The translations under genes were made by a program, and so were the position numbers. Under the pieces are notes generated by a model. That model was not told the origin of the DNA. It searched no databases and worked only from the letters and a program-made list of their open reading frames with translations. This document shows, piece by piece, positions 25,032 through 37,157 of a DNA stretch of 64,000 bases. Position 1 is the stretch's first letter; every line of letters begins with the position of its first letter. The DNA comes from Takakia lepidozioides (Eukaryota > Plantae > Bryophyta), in assembly GCA_030704615.1 (NCBI GenBank), contig CM060732.1, positions 68,510,001 to 68,574,000 on the forward strand. The letters are read 5' to 3'.

Positions 25032-27088
25032 GGCTGATCGTCTCTCTTCTCTCTCCCCCTTCTGGACTTGCTATGCTTTCTAGCCTCTGCGCTATCTGCA
25101 AGCCAAGAAATAGATGAATGTCCACGATAAAGTGGGACATGTCGATGAACGTAATCTCTATCCGTAGCACGATTGGACGAAACGTGATGACAAAAGGAGG
25201 ATGAAACTAGTCGATGACAAGCAAGTGTGCTGTGCAGTGTGGCCATCCTCTTCCTCGCAGGCAAGTTGGTATCTTGATTACGAGCAGAAGGCCTTGCATT
25301 GTGCATTAGACTGACGGGGGATTCTGTGGATTTGGAAGCGCATGTGCCTTTGCGATGCCTGCGCGGACAGCATTGCAAGTGGTGGTGATGGCGCCCCCCA
25401 AGCCTTTCGCGAAAACGGAGGAAGGTATAGATATAGTGCTGTTTCGGAATTTTGGATCGGTTACGTTTGTGGGTCGAGGCTTCAGAAATTTCTTGACCTA
25501 TATCAGCAGATTTACACTCTTCTGGGTAGAAAAGGTTGTTAGACCAGGAAATTAAGAGGAACGTGTGCACGCCCGGTAGGCACAGCTTTATCAGTTGTTT
25601 CTTCAACATATGGGGCTTAGGGGATATTTTTGTTTTTTTCCCATTCTTTGTGTGTATGAGAGAGAGAGAGAGAGAGAGAGAGTGTGTGTGGCTGTGGACC
25701 CTGTGGGGTACTCTATTTTGGGGGCATGTCACCGGGTTGTCTTCTCATAGAGAGCTGGGAAAGTGTACTTCCAGTTGAAGATGTGCAAGCATTTGAAGGC
25801 TCTCATTAGTGCACTCTTCTAGTTGCCACAGATGTGACACATATTGCTTTGGACTGCAGTGGTGGAGAGCCATGTAATCCGGGGTTAGAGAGAAGAGCAG
25901 AAGGTGCTCTTTTGCTTTTCCTGAGAGATTGGCTACGACATCACATCAGGGGTAACAGGGGCATCTTCCCTGGGATAGTATAATCTTGGAACCTGTTCTG
26001 GGGTTTGGGCCATCCTCCAGGGTACAAGAAACTCATCCCGAACTTGTCATAACGCTCGCCCACAGAAACGCCAAATCGAGTGTTTGATGTACGAGTTGGT
26101 GTTATTACCCCTTCTAGTAACCACAACTGGTTTTATTCCCGAATCTGGCAAAAGATCAGACAATGCCAGTCACACAACCTCTAAGAAAGGCTGAGAGCTC
26201 AGCCAAAATAAATTATGTCCACTACGGCGAGGACCTGTATAATTTACACAGAAAGGGAAAACCTTTGGAAAGCTGCACCGGTACTACTCTACAATAAGTT
26301 CTTAGACATCTTCAGCTGCTAAAGATCTTTCACTGTATTTGCATGCAGGCCTAACAATGAACACAGAACAGGTTTGGCAGGAGTTCAGATCTGATCCTCC
26401 GAGGTGGTGGGACAGCAGCTTTGATAAGGTGGTCATATCTGCACCCAAATCTTTTTTGGTTTCTAAGATTGATCTTTTTTAATTGAAGTGGGCATGGTGA
26501 CGTTTTGGTGGACCAACCGTCAGTTCCTCAGAAGAATAACACTGATGGTCTTTATTTGCCGACCTGCCATTCTTGTTATATGCATCAGTAGGCTGTTAGT
26601 GCACAGAAGCATAGCAGTTGTTTGTTCGCCGTAGTTTAGTGTGGTGGTTACAGTGGTCTATGTGAGGCACATTAAAGCTCTGTTTCAGCTGCAGACTGGT
26701 GGTTTTCAAAGTCCGAAATACCTGGACTACAAACATAAGCATGCAAAGGAGGTACTTTGGATTGAGAGCACGTCAAACCCCCAGCGGGTGAAAGCAGAGC
26801 TGGACACTTTGACACAAGGTTGAGCACTATCTGGTGGCAGTTCCTTATTTCTGACATCCATGGAAAGATAGTGTGAGTGCTTTAAATGATGATGCTGATT
26901 CAAATGCTCAACTTCAGATAGATGGACGTGGTTGCAGTTTTGCTCAATGCAGGTGACCTCAGTTTTGCTCTGATAGTCAACAGAGCCTGTCCTCATGAAG
27001 AAATCTTTTGTGAAGTAAATACACGTTTGATAAGTTTTTCCGGGTTTGTTTCATTAAGTCTGCAACTAATAGTTTTGACTTCCACAGG

Positions 27089-28585
27089 ATGGCAGGGTTG
27101 AATCAGGCACTGTGGTTTGTTGGACATCAGACTGGTTGTAGGGGTTGCACCTTCACCGTGACCACGTCATTGGCAAGAGGGCACAGAGAGGGAGACAACA
27201 AGATTTTTTCTGGCTCTGAGGGGGATTTGAGGGCATTGTGTAAAGGTGGACGGTTGAAAGAGGCACTCCACATATTGAGTCAACGAGGCATTCAGGCAGA
27301 CTCCAATACTTACGTCTGCCTCTTGCAGGGTTGCATCAACAGGAAAGCCCTGGTGCAGGGAAGGCAGGTGCATGCCCACATTAAACAAAGTGGATTGAAG
27401 CCAGACAGCTTTCTATTCAATGTTATTATCAACATGTATGCTAAATGTGGGAGCGTAAAGGATGCACGTCAAGTGTTCGATCATATGGTGAAACGAGATG
27501 TGGTATCATGGAATTCAATGATAGCAGGATATGCCCGGCATGGCCCTGGTGAAGAGGCTTTCAATATCTATGGGCGAATGCAACGGGAAGGGGTGGCACC
27601 CAACAGAGTCACGTTCATTTGTGTTCTGAATGTCTGTGCGAGCCTAGGAACCCTGGAAAAGGGTAAGGAGGTCCATGCTGACATCAGGAAGAGTGGAATC
27701 GCACCAGACATCATTCTAGAGAACGCCCTTGTTGACATGTATGCTAAATGCGGAGGCATAGAGGACGCCCATCAAGTGTTTGACCATATGGCTAAACACG
27801 ATGTGGTTTCATGGACTTCGATGATTACAGGGTATGCCCAGCATGGCCCCATTGAAGAGTCTTTCAAAATCTATACACAGATGCAACTGGAAGGTGTAAC
27901 ACCCAACACCATCACATTCACTTGCATTCTCAACACGTGTGCCAGCCTTGGAGCCCTGGGAAAGGGCAAGCAGGTCCATGCTGACATCAACAAATGGGGA
28001 ATCAGGACAGATATCATTCTGGACAATACCCTTGTGGACATGTACGCCAAATGTGGGAGTATTGAGGATGCACGTCAAGTGTTCGACGGTATGGCTAATC
28101 GAGATGTCATCACATGGACTGCAATGATTGCAGGATATGCCCAGCATGGGCACGGTAAGGAAGCCCTCCAACTGTTTGAACTATTGCCAAAGGAAGGCTT
28201 GAAGCCAGACTTTACCTCCTTCACATCTGTTCTCTCTGCATGCAGCCATGCAGGCCTAGTGGATGAAGGTCATCACTACTTTGATTCAATGAGTCAATGT
28301 CATGGTCTGATACCCACAATGGAGCATGTTGGCTGCATGGTGGACCTCCTTGGCCGTGCAGGGTGTCTGCATGAGGCAGAGAACTTCATTAAAAAACTGC
28401 CAATTCAACCTGGTGTAGTGGTGTGGAAGGCCTTGCTAGGTGCCTGCAAAATTCATGATGATGTGGAGCTAGCAGAACGTGCTGCAAAATGCATTCTTGA
28501 GCTGGAGCCACTGGAGTCTGCAGCTTTTGAGCTGCTATCCAACATTCATACTGCTTGGGCAGGTGGGATGATAAAGCGAAGGTGA
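27089..28585 (+). CDS. PLS-class pentatricopeptide repeat protein with E domain (organellar RNA-editing factor type)
   Basis: Repeated L-S-P triplets (NALVDMYAKCG / DVVSWxxMIAGYAQHG / PNxVTFxCVLxxC), then HVGCMVDLLGRAG and WKALLGACKIH. Confidence 0.9.
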   Translation: MAGLNQALWFVGHQTGCRGCTFTVTTSLARGHREGDNKIFSGSEGDLRALCKGGRLKEALHILSQRGIQADSNTYVCLLQGCINRKALVQGRQVHAHIKQSGLKPDSFLFNVIINMYAKCGSVKDARQVFDHMVKRDVVSWNSMIAGYARHGPGEEAFNIYGRMQREGVAPNRVTFICVLNVCASLGTLEKGKEVHADIRKSGIAPDIILENALVDMYAKCGGIEDAHQVFDHMAKHDVVSWTSMITGYAQHGPIEESFKIYTQMQLEGVTPNTITFTCILNTCASLGALGKGKQVHADINKWGIRTDIILDNTLVDMYAKCGSIEDARQVFDGMANRDVITWTAMIAGYAQHGHGKEALQLFELLPKEGLKPDFTSFTSVLSACSHAGLVDEGHHYFDSMSQCHGLIPTMEHVGCMVDLLGRAGCLHEAENFIKKLPIQPGVVVWKALLGACKIHDDVELAERAAKCILELEPLESAAFELLSNIHTAWAGGMIKRR

Positions 28586-28998
28586 GTGGAGGACACAGGT
28601 GTGACAAAGGAGGCAGGGTACAGCTGCAATGAAGTGGATAATCGAGTGCGTATGTTGCTGATAGGAGACAAATGAAGATGAGTTGAGGAGATTGACTGGG
28701 CAGATGTAGAAGGCAGGGTATGGGCCTGACACAAAATTTGTATTGCATGATGTGAAGGAGCACAAGGAGTTTCCTCTTTGCTAGCACAGTGAGAGGCTTG
28801 CCATGGCTTTTGGACTCATCGGTATACCCACTGGGACACCTACCTATCTGCATTGTCAAGAACCTTGAAGTGTGTGGTGACAGCCACACTAGTACGAAGT
28901 TCATCCCAAAGATTGCTGGCCTAGCCATGGTTGTGTGGGATGCCAGTCAAAATCACCAATTCCAAGATGGGGTTTGTTTGCGCGGGGACTACTGGCGA
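28586..28998 (+). pseudogene. Eroded E+/DYW deaminase tail of the preceding PPR gene
   Basis: Frameshifted, stop-containing AGYSCNEV, HSERLAMAFGL, KNLEVCGDSH, and GVCLRGDYW ending at 28995. Confidence 0.85.
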
Positions 28999-29998
28999 AC
29001 ACTGTAGAAATGTATATAATTCATCACTACATACTCAATTAAATTGGTCATTTAAACATGCTGACCATGTGCTAGGGATGTGTTTTGAAAAGACAATGGC
29101 AAACTCATTGCAGTCCTGCAATGAAGAGATAGAGATACCAATGTAGTTCTGGTATTGGTTTCATACTGCGGTATCAACCATCAATATAAGCAATGGTAGT
29201 TAACTACCCTACTAGGCTGTTCCATGAACGGAAAATACCAGGGGATTATTGAGGGTATACTCTACAAGACAATTTTGACCAGGAACAGTACCCTACTGCA
29301 TATGGACGTGTGTTCCAAATACCAGAGTTTTAAAGCTTTCCAAGCAAGGAGAGCTGGGAGGAACGGGGTGGAGGGCGTGGCCATCAGCATTGAGGGAGTG
29401 TGAGGGATTGTAGGACCGCATGCAGTTTAGAGGATCGACCTGGAGGTTGTAGGAGGGCAGGCTTATTAGCAGCTTTTCAAGAGTTGAAGAAGGGAGGGAG
29501 ATGAGGGATTGTGGGCCCGCTTACAAGCATAGAGAGGAAGAGAGGGTTGGGTACTGGGCCCGCCTGCTGGAGCTTCAATGTCCCGCCGTCTGCTCCAGCT
29601 TAAGCATTTGCAGCTACAGTGCCAAGGAAGGAAGGATTGCAACTCACTCAACTCACATACGACACATCGATATTCTTGAAAACGGGTACCCAATAGCTAG
29701 CTATACGTCCGCACACACGGAAGGATTATCAGGGTTTCTATGGACAGAAATCTAAACAGAAAGCACGGCTGCAAATAGTAAAAGGGAAGTGGATGGCTAG
29801 CAAAGAAGGTTCAAGTACCAGAATAGCAAGAGCAAAGAGCGAGGCTTTTGATAGCACAGAAATGATACCATCAATAGTCGGGCTCATGGGTATTCTCAGA
29901 GGCCGAGCCTTCCTTTCCCTGGGCAAGCTTCCTTAAGGGTTACCTAGGATCACAAAAGACAATTGGAGAGGTTTTGTCACCGAAACCACCTCGGCAAT

Positions 29999-31029
29999 AT
30001 GGAGTAGGAGATCTGGAGCAGGCTCCCTTTCGATTTAGTGATGGTAGTGTTGGCCTGTTTGCCATATCGCAGTCTTGTCCGCTTTAAGTCGGTTTGCAAG
30101 TTGTGGAATTCCCTCCCATCTACTGCCAGTTAACAACTCTGTCAGCAGCTCCCTCTTCACGAAGAATCCTTTGTCTTGTCCTTTCACACATTCTCAAGGC
30201 AGGATGTTTACATGTTGTATTCCCCCATAACTCAACGATGGCACAAGATCGGCCACAAATCTTCCAAGGCCCCTCCAATGGGCAGTGTTCGTGCTGCAGC
30301 TGGAGGCTTCTTTTGCATAGCGCACGAGGTCGATGATGACATATCATGCAGTGTGTACAATCCTCTGTTGAACACTTGCAGACAATTGCCCGCCCTGCCT
30401 CGCACTACAACAGTAGCTCTCACCGTGGAAAGAGTAAATATGATTGTGGATCGATGCACCAACAGCTACAAGCTCATTGTGATGTCACTCGAGGATCATC
30501 TCGAGGATCCCCACGGTTGGAGAACCCACTCAATTTGCCAGTGTTGGACCGAGACTGGAGAGATGGACACAAAACTTGGTGTTGTTTGGTACTGTGCAGG
30601 AAGTGTGATATGTGGCCCTACTCTCTTTGCTTTATTTTATGGACGACGTTATGAAAACGCTTTCATGGCAAGTTGTGACATTGGCAGCGGTGTGAGGACT
30701 AGAGATACCTACTACACAGTTGCCTGCTTATGGTGAACGTGATTGCATTCAAGATGGTCCATTCCCATTCCTTGTAGAGAGTGGCGGGCGCCTCTTGCTT
30801 GTTGGGGCTCTTGAACCTGTTGGCTTCTCTATCATATGTGTGGGAGTTGAAAGTTTCTACAACGACTGCAGAGTGGCTGGAGATTGCAAGAACTAGTTTT
30901 CCCACAAACACCTGGAGAATGGAAGTAGTGAGCCATGACAATCTCATATTCTTGGGGCGCAGAGCAAGTGCAAGACAAGTAGTTGTGATGTATGACATGA
31001 AGCAACACAAATGGACATCCGGCTTTTGA
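29999..31029 (+). pseudogene. F-box (kelch/FBA-like) protein pseudogene
   Basis: ME*EIWSRLPFDLVMVVLACLPYRSLVRFKSVCKLWNSL F-box. Downstream VYNPLLNTCRQLP and VVMYDMKQHKW repeats lie in different frames. Confidence 0.8.
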
Positions 31030-31498
31030 ACTGCGGAATAATGGCAGATATTTGGTTAGTGGTGTTCTTAGTTTAGGTGCACAAGTCTAGACAGGTTTTT
31101 GGCAGGCTTGCCGTGGGTAGGAACTTAGTAGGGAAAGGGTGTCTTGGAATGTTGTACCTATACTCTCCACTAACAAGCCTAAAACAGCAGCGATAAGAGT
31201 AAGGGGCATGACGGAGCACAACACACCAATCGGCGCCTTGACACCATGAAAGGTCCTTTGGACCACATTTTCTCTGTTGACTTGAACATGAAGCATAGTC
31301 TCAGTCCCTCTACAAGAGAGCCAACAAACCAATTAGCCGGGCCGATACTCTCCATTGCCACTATGTATCGTAAAGGAGCCAAATTGTTACCTTTGACGAA
31401 TTGTTGCAATTTGTTGGCCTTTGTCATGGTTTTAGTCATGGTTATCTAGAATTACCTACTTACTAGGACATTTTAGATATTTATATTTATATTTTGTG

Positions 31499-33100
31499 TG
31501 TTGGGACTTCATTTGGTCTCACATGCCAAGTGAGGTGTCGAGCCTCACTTGAGACATGGAGATAGGTTTTCCCCTTGTGAGTGTTGAGGAGGCTCATCTT
31601 CTTGTAGTTGAGCCTCCATGAGCTTCTCTTACCTCCATAGCTCTAGGTATTGAAAGGGAGTAGGGTGGATTCCTTTAGCAAAGGTGCCCTTGGCTTGACG
31701 TTTATGTGATAGGGTGGATTTCACTTGGAAGGACTAGGGCTTGTTCTTCATGTGATTGCTTCATGCTTTGAGAGCTTTCATTGTCTTCTACTTCTCTCAT
31801 TTCTCATCTCTTATCACTACAAGAAGATCACCTTATGCTTGTGAGTGCGGAGCGTAAGGATTAGTTTTGCACTTGTATTTTAAAGAGGTTGAGAGCTAGG
31901 AGAATTTAGCTCTTGTATCACAAGGCTTGCAAGGGGTTGCAAGGAAAGGTGCTCGAGTATTGCATGCACCAAGGAGTTGGAGAGCTTGAGAAGAAAGCTC
32001 TTGAGTCACAAGATTTTACAAGGATTGTAAGGAGGAAGTCTTGTGAGTGTGGAAGCATGGATTCTAGGGTTTGAGAATCCTTTGTATGCATTATGGAGTC
32101 GATGGTGTGCGTCATGGCTTGTGGAGAGTGACTAAAGGCTTGTTAGTGCTCATTTCACTATCAAGCTAGGGTTAAGCAAGTTCAAAGTGTGGATGTTGTG
32201 GAAGAGAAGCCAAGGAGCTATATATGCTTGGGCTTGAAGACAACAAGGGCAAGCACTTAGAGAGCACTAAGAAGCTCAAGAGGTTTTGAAAAGGAGCATG
32301 TGAAGAAATCTTCCGATCATGGTGGTGTGGAGCCAAGCTTAGGGTGCCATTGGAAGGGCTTGGAGAACATGTGACGGGAAATCCTTGAAGGGAAATCATC
32401 ATTCAATGTATGCATAGCTTTACCCTAACTATGTAATGTGACAAGAGGGGGAGACAATACTTGGCTATTCATGCTCTTGGTAGTGCGAGCTTTGTGGTGG
32501 ATAGTTGACCAAGCAAGTGGTGCATGTGTGGAGCATGCTCGCTTGAGTTTGTAAGTTCAAGTTTGAGAAGGGGAGCTCTTGAACTAGCAAGAGATGAAGG
32601 CCTTTGAGATCCATTTGTGTGTGAAGTGGAGAGGTGTTGATTCATGTTATGATGAAGGAGAGCAACACATAGGCCAAGAGGTCATGAAACATGCATTCAA
32701 ATGACCACGGGGAACACATGGATGATGGATTGGTGCAAGATCCCAAATGAGGCATATGGCGTGAGAGTGGGATCCAAGGCGGATTGCTTGGGAGCATTAT
32801 TGTAAGTGACAAGCATTGCTCCTACACATTGAGATAATTTGTGTTGATTTGGAGCAATTGTCAAGTGATGAGGAGACAAATGCATGATTGCTCAGCAATG
32901 GAGATATGGTAGTTTGCAATCAAATCCCAAGGACTAGAAGGGGGATTGATTTGGTGGACAATGACTTGCAAGTTGAGTTGGACCACTCTTGGTTGCACAT
33001 TGGGGTGGAAGAGAGCAAGAAGATGTCTCTTATGACCACCTAGAGACCATATTTTTGCTTGAGTAGAAGCATAGAAGTCAAGGACTTGCATTCTAGCTCT
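31499..33100 (+). mobile_element. Heavily degraded Ty1/Copia-like relic (possible LTR plus gag/protease)
   Basis: TG...CA-bounded segment 31499-31920, a KFKCGCCG knuckle remnant near 32180 and a VVDS protease-like remnant near 32495. Many stops. Confidence 0.4.
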
Positions 33101-33126
33101 TCATTACAAACCCTAGTAGTGTATGC

Positions 33127-33480
33127 TCAGACTATACCTCTGTTAGTATACCAAACAGGAGCTTGTCCATTTTACTATACCTATGTTGAGGTATCACCAT
33201 ATGTGGACCCTAATCAGCTCAGACTATACCTCTGTTAGTATACCAAACAGAACCCTCATTTTCAGACTATACCTCTGTAAAGGTATCATCAACATAAGGG
33301 ACCCTAGCAACCTCAGACTATACCTCTGTTAAGGTATCAACAGTGAAAAGACTTAGTGAAATTTAAGGGCCTTTGGAGGATTGTTTGGAAGATATTTGAG
33401 GGCCCTTGGAGGAGTATTTGGAGGATCTTTGGGGTCCTTGGAGGAGTGTTTGGAGGATCTTTGGGGTCCTTGGAGGACCC
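33127..33480. repeat. Two short tandem arrays: 4x CAGACTATACCTCTGT and 2-3x TTTGGAGGATCTTTGGGGTCCTTGGAGGA
   Basis: Direct repeats near 33128, 33220, 33262 and 33314, and across 33370-33480. Confidence 0.75.
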
Positions 33481-34108
33481 TTCGAGGAGCTTTGGTGGAC
33501 AATGTTGAAGAGCTCTTGAAGGATTGATTGAGGGATATTGAAGGATACTTGCCACGGCCATACAAGCGAGTGGATAGAGACAGGAGGGAGAGTGGTGGAT
33601 GAGAGCATTCTGGGGTTAGGAATTGCTTTAGTTTCTCTTCTCCATAGTTTTTCACCCTCTCTGTAGGCCAAAACCTTTCCGTAGGTGGAGGCAAGAGTCA
33701 GTCCGGGTTTGGGCTGGGGTGTCCTTGCAGGAGCGACACTGTGGAGTGTTTTTGGTGTGGGGGAGTTGCTGTCTTGATTTTCTTGTGTTTGGATCCCCTC
33801 CACACCTGCATGCTTGACTGTGCGCCATGTTAGCTTTGTGTGGGCGCTTGTTTTCATAGGAGGTTGGTCCGGATTTGATCACCGGCCAATCCTAGAGTAT
33901 GCTATCGGTGATGAGGCTGGAGTGATGACCAGCAAGACCACCAGTGTTTCTTCTATGGTGAGACTGGGTTGATGACTAGCCAACCATAGGAGTTCTTGCG
34001 GTGGATGCAGGTGCAGGTGCCCTGAGCCATTGGGATATGACCCTTAAACTGCAACAGGTGCCCACCCGTGTCACTATTAGAATTAGTACTAGAGCCTTAT
34101 AGTGTCAC

Positions 34109-37100
34109 GTGGGGGAGGTGCACATTGTGAGTGTCATCACGGAGTTACCCAGGGGTTCTGAGGGGAGTACGGCTACAGGCAGTAGCAGTGAGAGTGGGTT
34201 CACCAGACGAGGTGTTCGTTTCAGACCACCTTCACCTCCACCCTCAACTAGTGCAGAGTCAGACACAGACTCAGAGGCTTCATCAACAGGTGTGCAGTTT
34301 TATTCGCCATTGTTGTGGGACGACATGGAGGAGATGTATGGAGCTACCAAGGGGCCTCGTACGTACTCTGGAGCTGTGGGCACAATCGAGTTGGATGACT
34401 TTATCCAGGAGTTCGACAGCTGGTGTGATTTGCAGCAGATGCGCAATCCACAGCTATTCACCCCATTCATGGCGTGGAAGGGACTGTTCCAGCATTTGGA
34501 AGGCCCGCCTATGGACGATTACCACGATTTCAGGCGAGGACATGAAGCAGAGATTGAGGAGTGGAGGACGTATTGGTCACCTGACTACGTCTCCATTACT
34601 CGAGGCACGACGCGACCAGTAGCTGCATCAGTACCAATATCTCCCACTGCCAGCACTAGTAGTGGAACAAGTGGTGCCGGTACTTCTGCAGGTGGTACCA
34701 GTTCAAAAGGTGCTACTACTCCTCCTGCCACGACTACAACACATGTGCCTAGATTCAACCCGGTGATGGAGTTCTTCCAGGAGTTGCGGAGGAACTACCA
34801 AGGTGTACGGACTGAGAAGCTGCGAAGTTTGCAAGACTTCCAGCGCAAACCCAGTGAGAGCTTGCGAGAGGCGTACACTCGTATGAGGCGCTTGATAAGT
34901 GTGACCTAAGGGGTTACTGAAGCTCATGCAATCCAGTTTTGGTATGGAATTCTGGACAAGGAGCTCAGGAGAAGGGTGCGAGATGCAACCCTGTTACAAG
35001 CAGCCCAACCCACATAAGCAGATGTGTTTCTGCTGGCTGAGCGGATTGAGCTCAACATGGTGGAGGAGCGAGTTGTTACCATTGGATTTGGCAAGGACAT
35101 GCCTGCACGAGGTGTAGCTGCCAGCCCACAGGCACAAGGGACTGCCCAACAGCGTGGTCAGGGGGGCAAGGTTTCCCAACCCAAGTTCCATGGAGCTTAC
35201 AGGGGACCTCAGGTGCAGAAGCCCGTGGCATCTTTTGCAGACCAACAACAATCAGGGGTGATATGTTGGACATGTGGAGGACCCCATGTCAAGAAAGATT
35301 GCCCAGAGAGTGGCAAAAGGCCGGCACAAGCATAGCCTACACAATTGTCATGTGGGCATTGTGGCAAGTATGGGCATGGAAATGCCTGGTGTTATGACTT
35401 GCATCCTGAGTTGCGCCCAGGCCAGTTCCAAGGGAACACTGGTGGCCGGGGGCGAGGTGGACCAGCCCAAAGAGGACGAGGTGGCCGGGCACGAGGCGCA
35501 GGCCAAGGGCAAGCTCAACATGGCCAAGGACGCGGAGGTTAGGGTGTTGACCAAGGCATGGCCAACCGGCTCCAGCAGCTAGAGCAGAGGCTTGCTACCA
35601 TGGCTACAGCTCAGGTGGTACCAGCTCCCAGGCGGGATGGTCCACCTCTTGCTCCTGAGGGAGGAGATATGGGAGGCATGGGATTCATGTGCGGAGCAGC
35701 ACTACCACTAGTGCAAGTGGAGTCTGCTGCAGCCGTGACTCGAGGACCAGCACGAGTTTCTGAGCCACGAGGTGCAGAGGTGGAATTGGATCCACAGCGT
35801 GGGGAGGCAAGCCGTCAGGCGAGGCTTCCTCAGTCATTCACATTGGCGGAGACAGTGTCGACGCCATCCATGACACCTAGTTCTCGCCCGACTGTTACCG
35901 AGGCGGAGGTTACTATGCCATTGGGGAGAGCTACACGTCCAACACTGAACCTACTACCAAGGCTAGTGCAAGCCGGTGTGTTATTGGGGGCAGCCACCTT
36001 TGTGTGTCAAGCCCCACTATTCTCGGCAACCATGATTGCGACACCGGGGGTAAGATCAGCTGCAGTGTTCAGACTAGCAGCAACACTATGTGAGAGTGGG
36101 GAGATCACTTCATCTTCTGCGGAGTTATTGGAAGGTGTAGTGGCAGAGGGATCCTCGGATTTGAGGGTCAAGACTGCCACGACTGCGCCATGGCAAGCTG
36201 CAGCTGCCAGGTTGACGGAGCTGCCAGCTAGGCTAGCCTTTGAGCGCGCCATGGTGACACCTGGAGTTGTCTTGTTAGACAACCAGGGAGGCATTTTCAC
36301 TTTGAGTGGACCGGCAGGCAAGAAGTACCGGCCACTGCGGGTCTTGTTGGACTCAGGAGCTCAACCACTGATGTTGGGCAGAGCTGCTATTGCAGGTTTG
36401 GGCCTCATGGAGGCGGATATGGAGCCTTGTCCTTTCCAGATACAGACATCCCTGGGAGGATCAGAGCAGGCTCGGGGCATGACACGGCGTGAGTTGGCCA
36501 TTGGACTACAACCAGATCATCATGTAGATGGCTTAGTGATGCGAGCCAAGGCCATTGTGACAGACACGGTCTTTTACGATGTCCTTGTTGGTGGGGGCAG
36601 TGTTATATCCCATGGGCTTCACCCTAGACTTTTGGGAGGAGTCAGCATCCTATAGGCCTGGATGACAGTCAGGGGATGGTCGTCGTGCACAGCTCACTGT
36701 GACATTCATTGGGGGGATTGCGGCTGCCCAGCGGGGCAAGATGCCAACACTAGCCGCCTTTACAGCTGCAGTTAGTTGGCCTGGAGAGTTGCTGGAAGGC
36801 AATGCCCATGCAGATGAGGTGCCATCTCCAGCAGAGCAGGATGATATGCATGGTACGGCAGAGTTGCGTGCCATGGTTGTTCACACTCCATTATGGGGTA
36901 CGAGCAAGGATTTGCAGCAGGCTGCTGATGGACGGGTACAACAAGCCTGGGTAGAGGCCTTCGTACCATCAGGAGAAGAGGAGAGTGCGGTGATTGCACC
37001 AGGACCACCTCAGTTGTTGCCATTAGACACAACACCTCTTATGTGGCAGTGCCCGGATGAAGGCATATGCCTTCTGGACTTGTTTGGCGGGATCAGCACT

Positions 37101-37157
37101 GGATTGGCTGCAGTACTGCAGGCAGGTGTACGAGTTCGACGTTACCTGTATGTAGAG
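34109..37157 (+). mobile_element. Ty3/Gypsy-like 5' half: Gag, two zinc knuckles, aspartic protease and the start of a DNMT3-like C5 methyltransferase
   Basis: Gag (FIQEFDSWC, LQDFQRKPSESLREAYTR), CWTCGGPHVKKDC, CGHCGKYGHGNAWC, VLLDSGA at ~36350, and ICLLDLFGGISTGLAAVLQAGVRVRRYLYVE at 37065-37157. In-frame stops present. Confidence 0.8.

Noticed and set aside
25028-25732. 234-aa ORF upstream of PAB
   Set aside because: Runs through a microsatellite and promoter-like DNA with no protein signature.
33127-33335. CRISPR-like CAGACTATACCTCTGT repeats
   Set aside because: Irregular spacing and related spacers; a degenerate tandem repeat.
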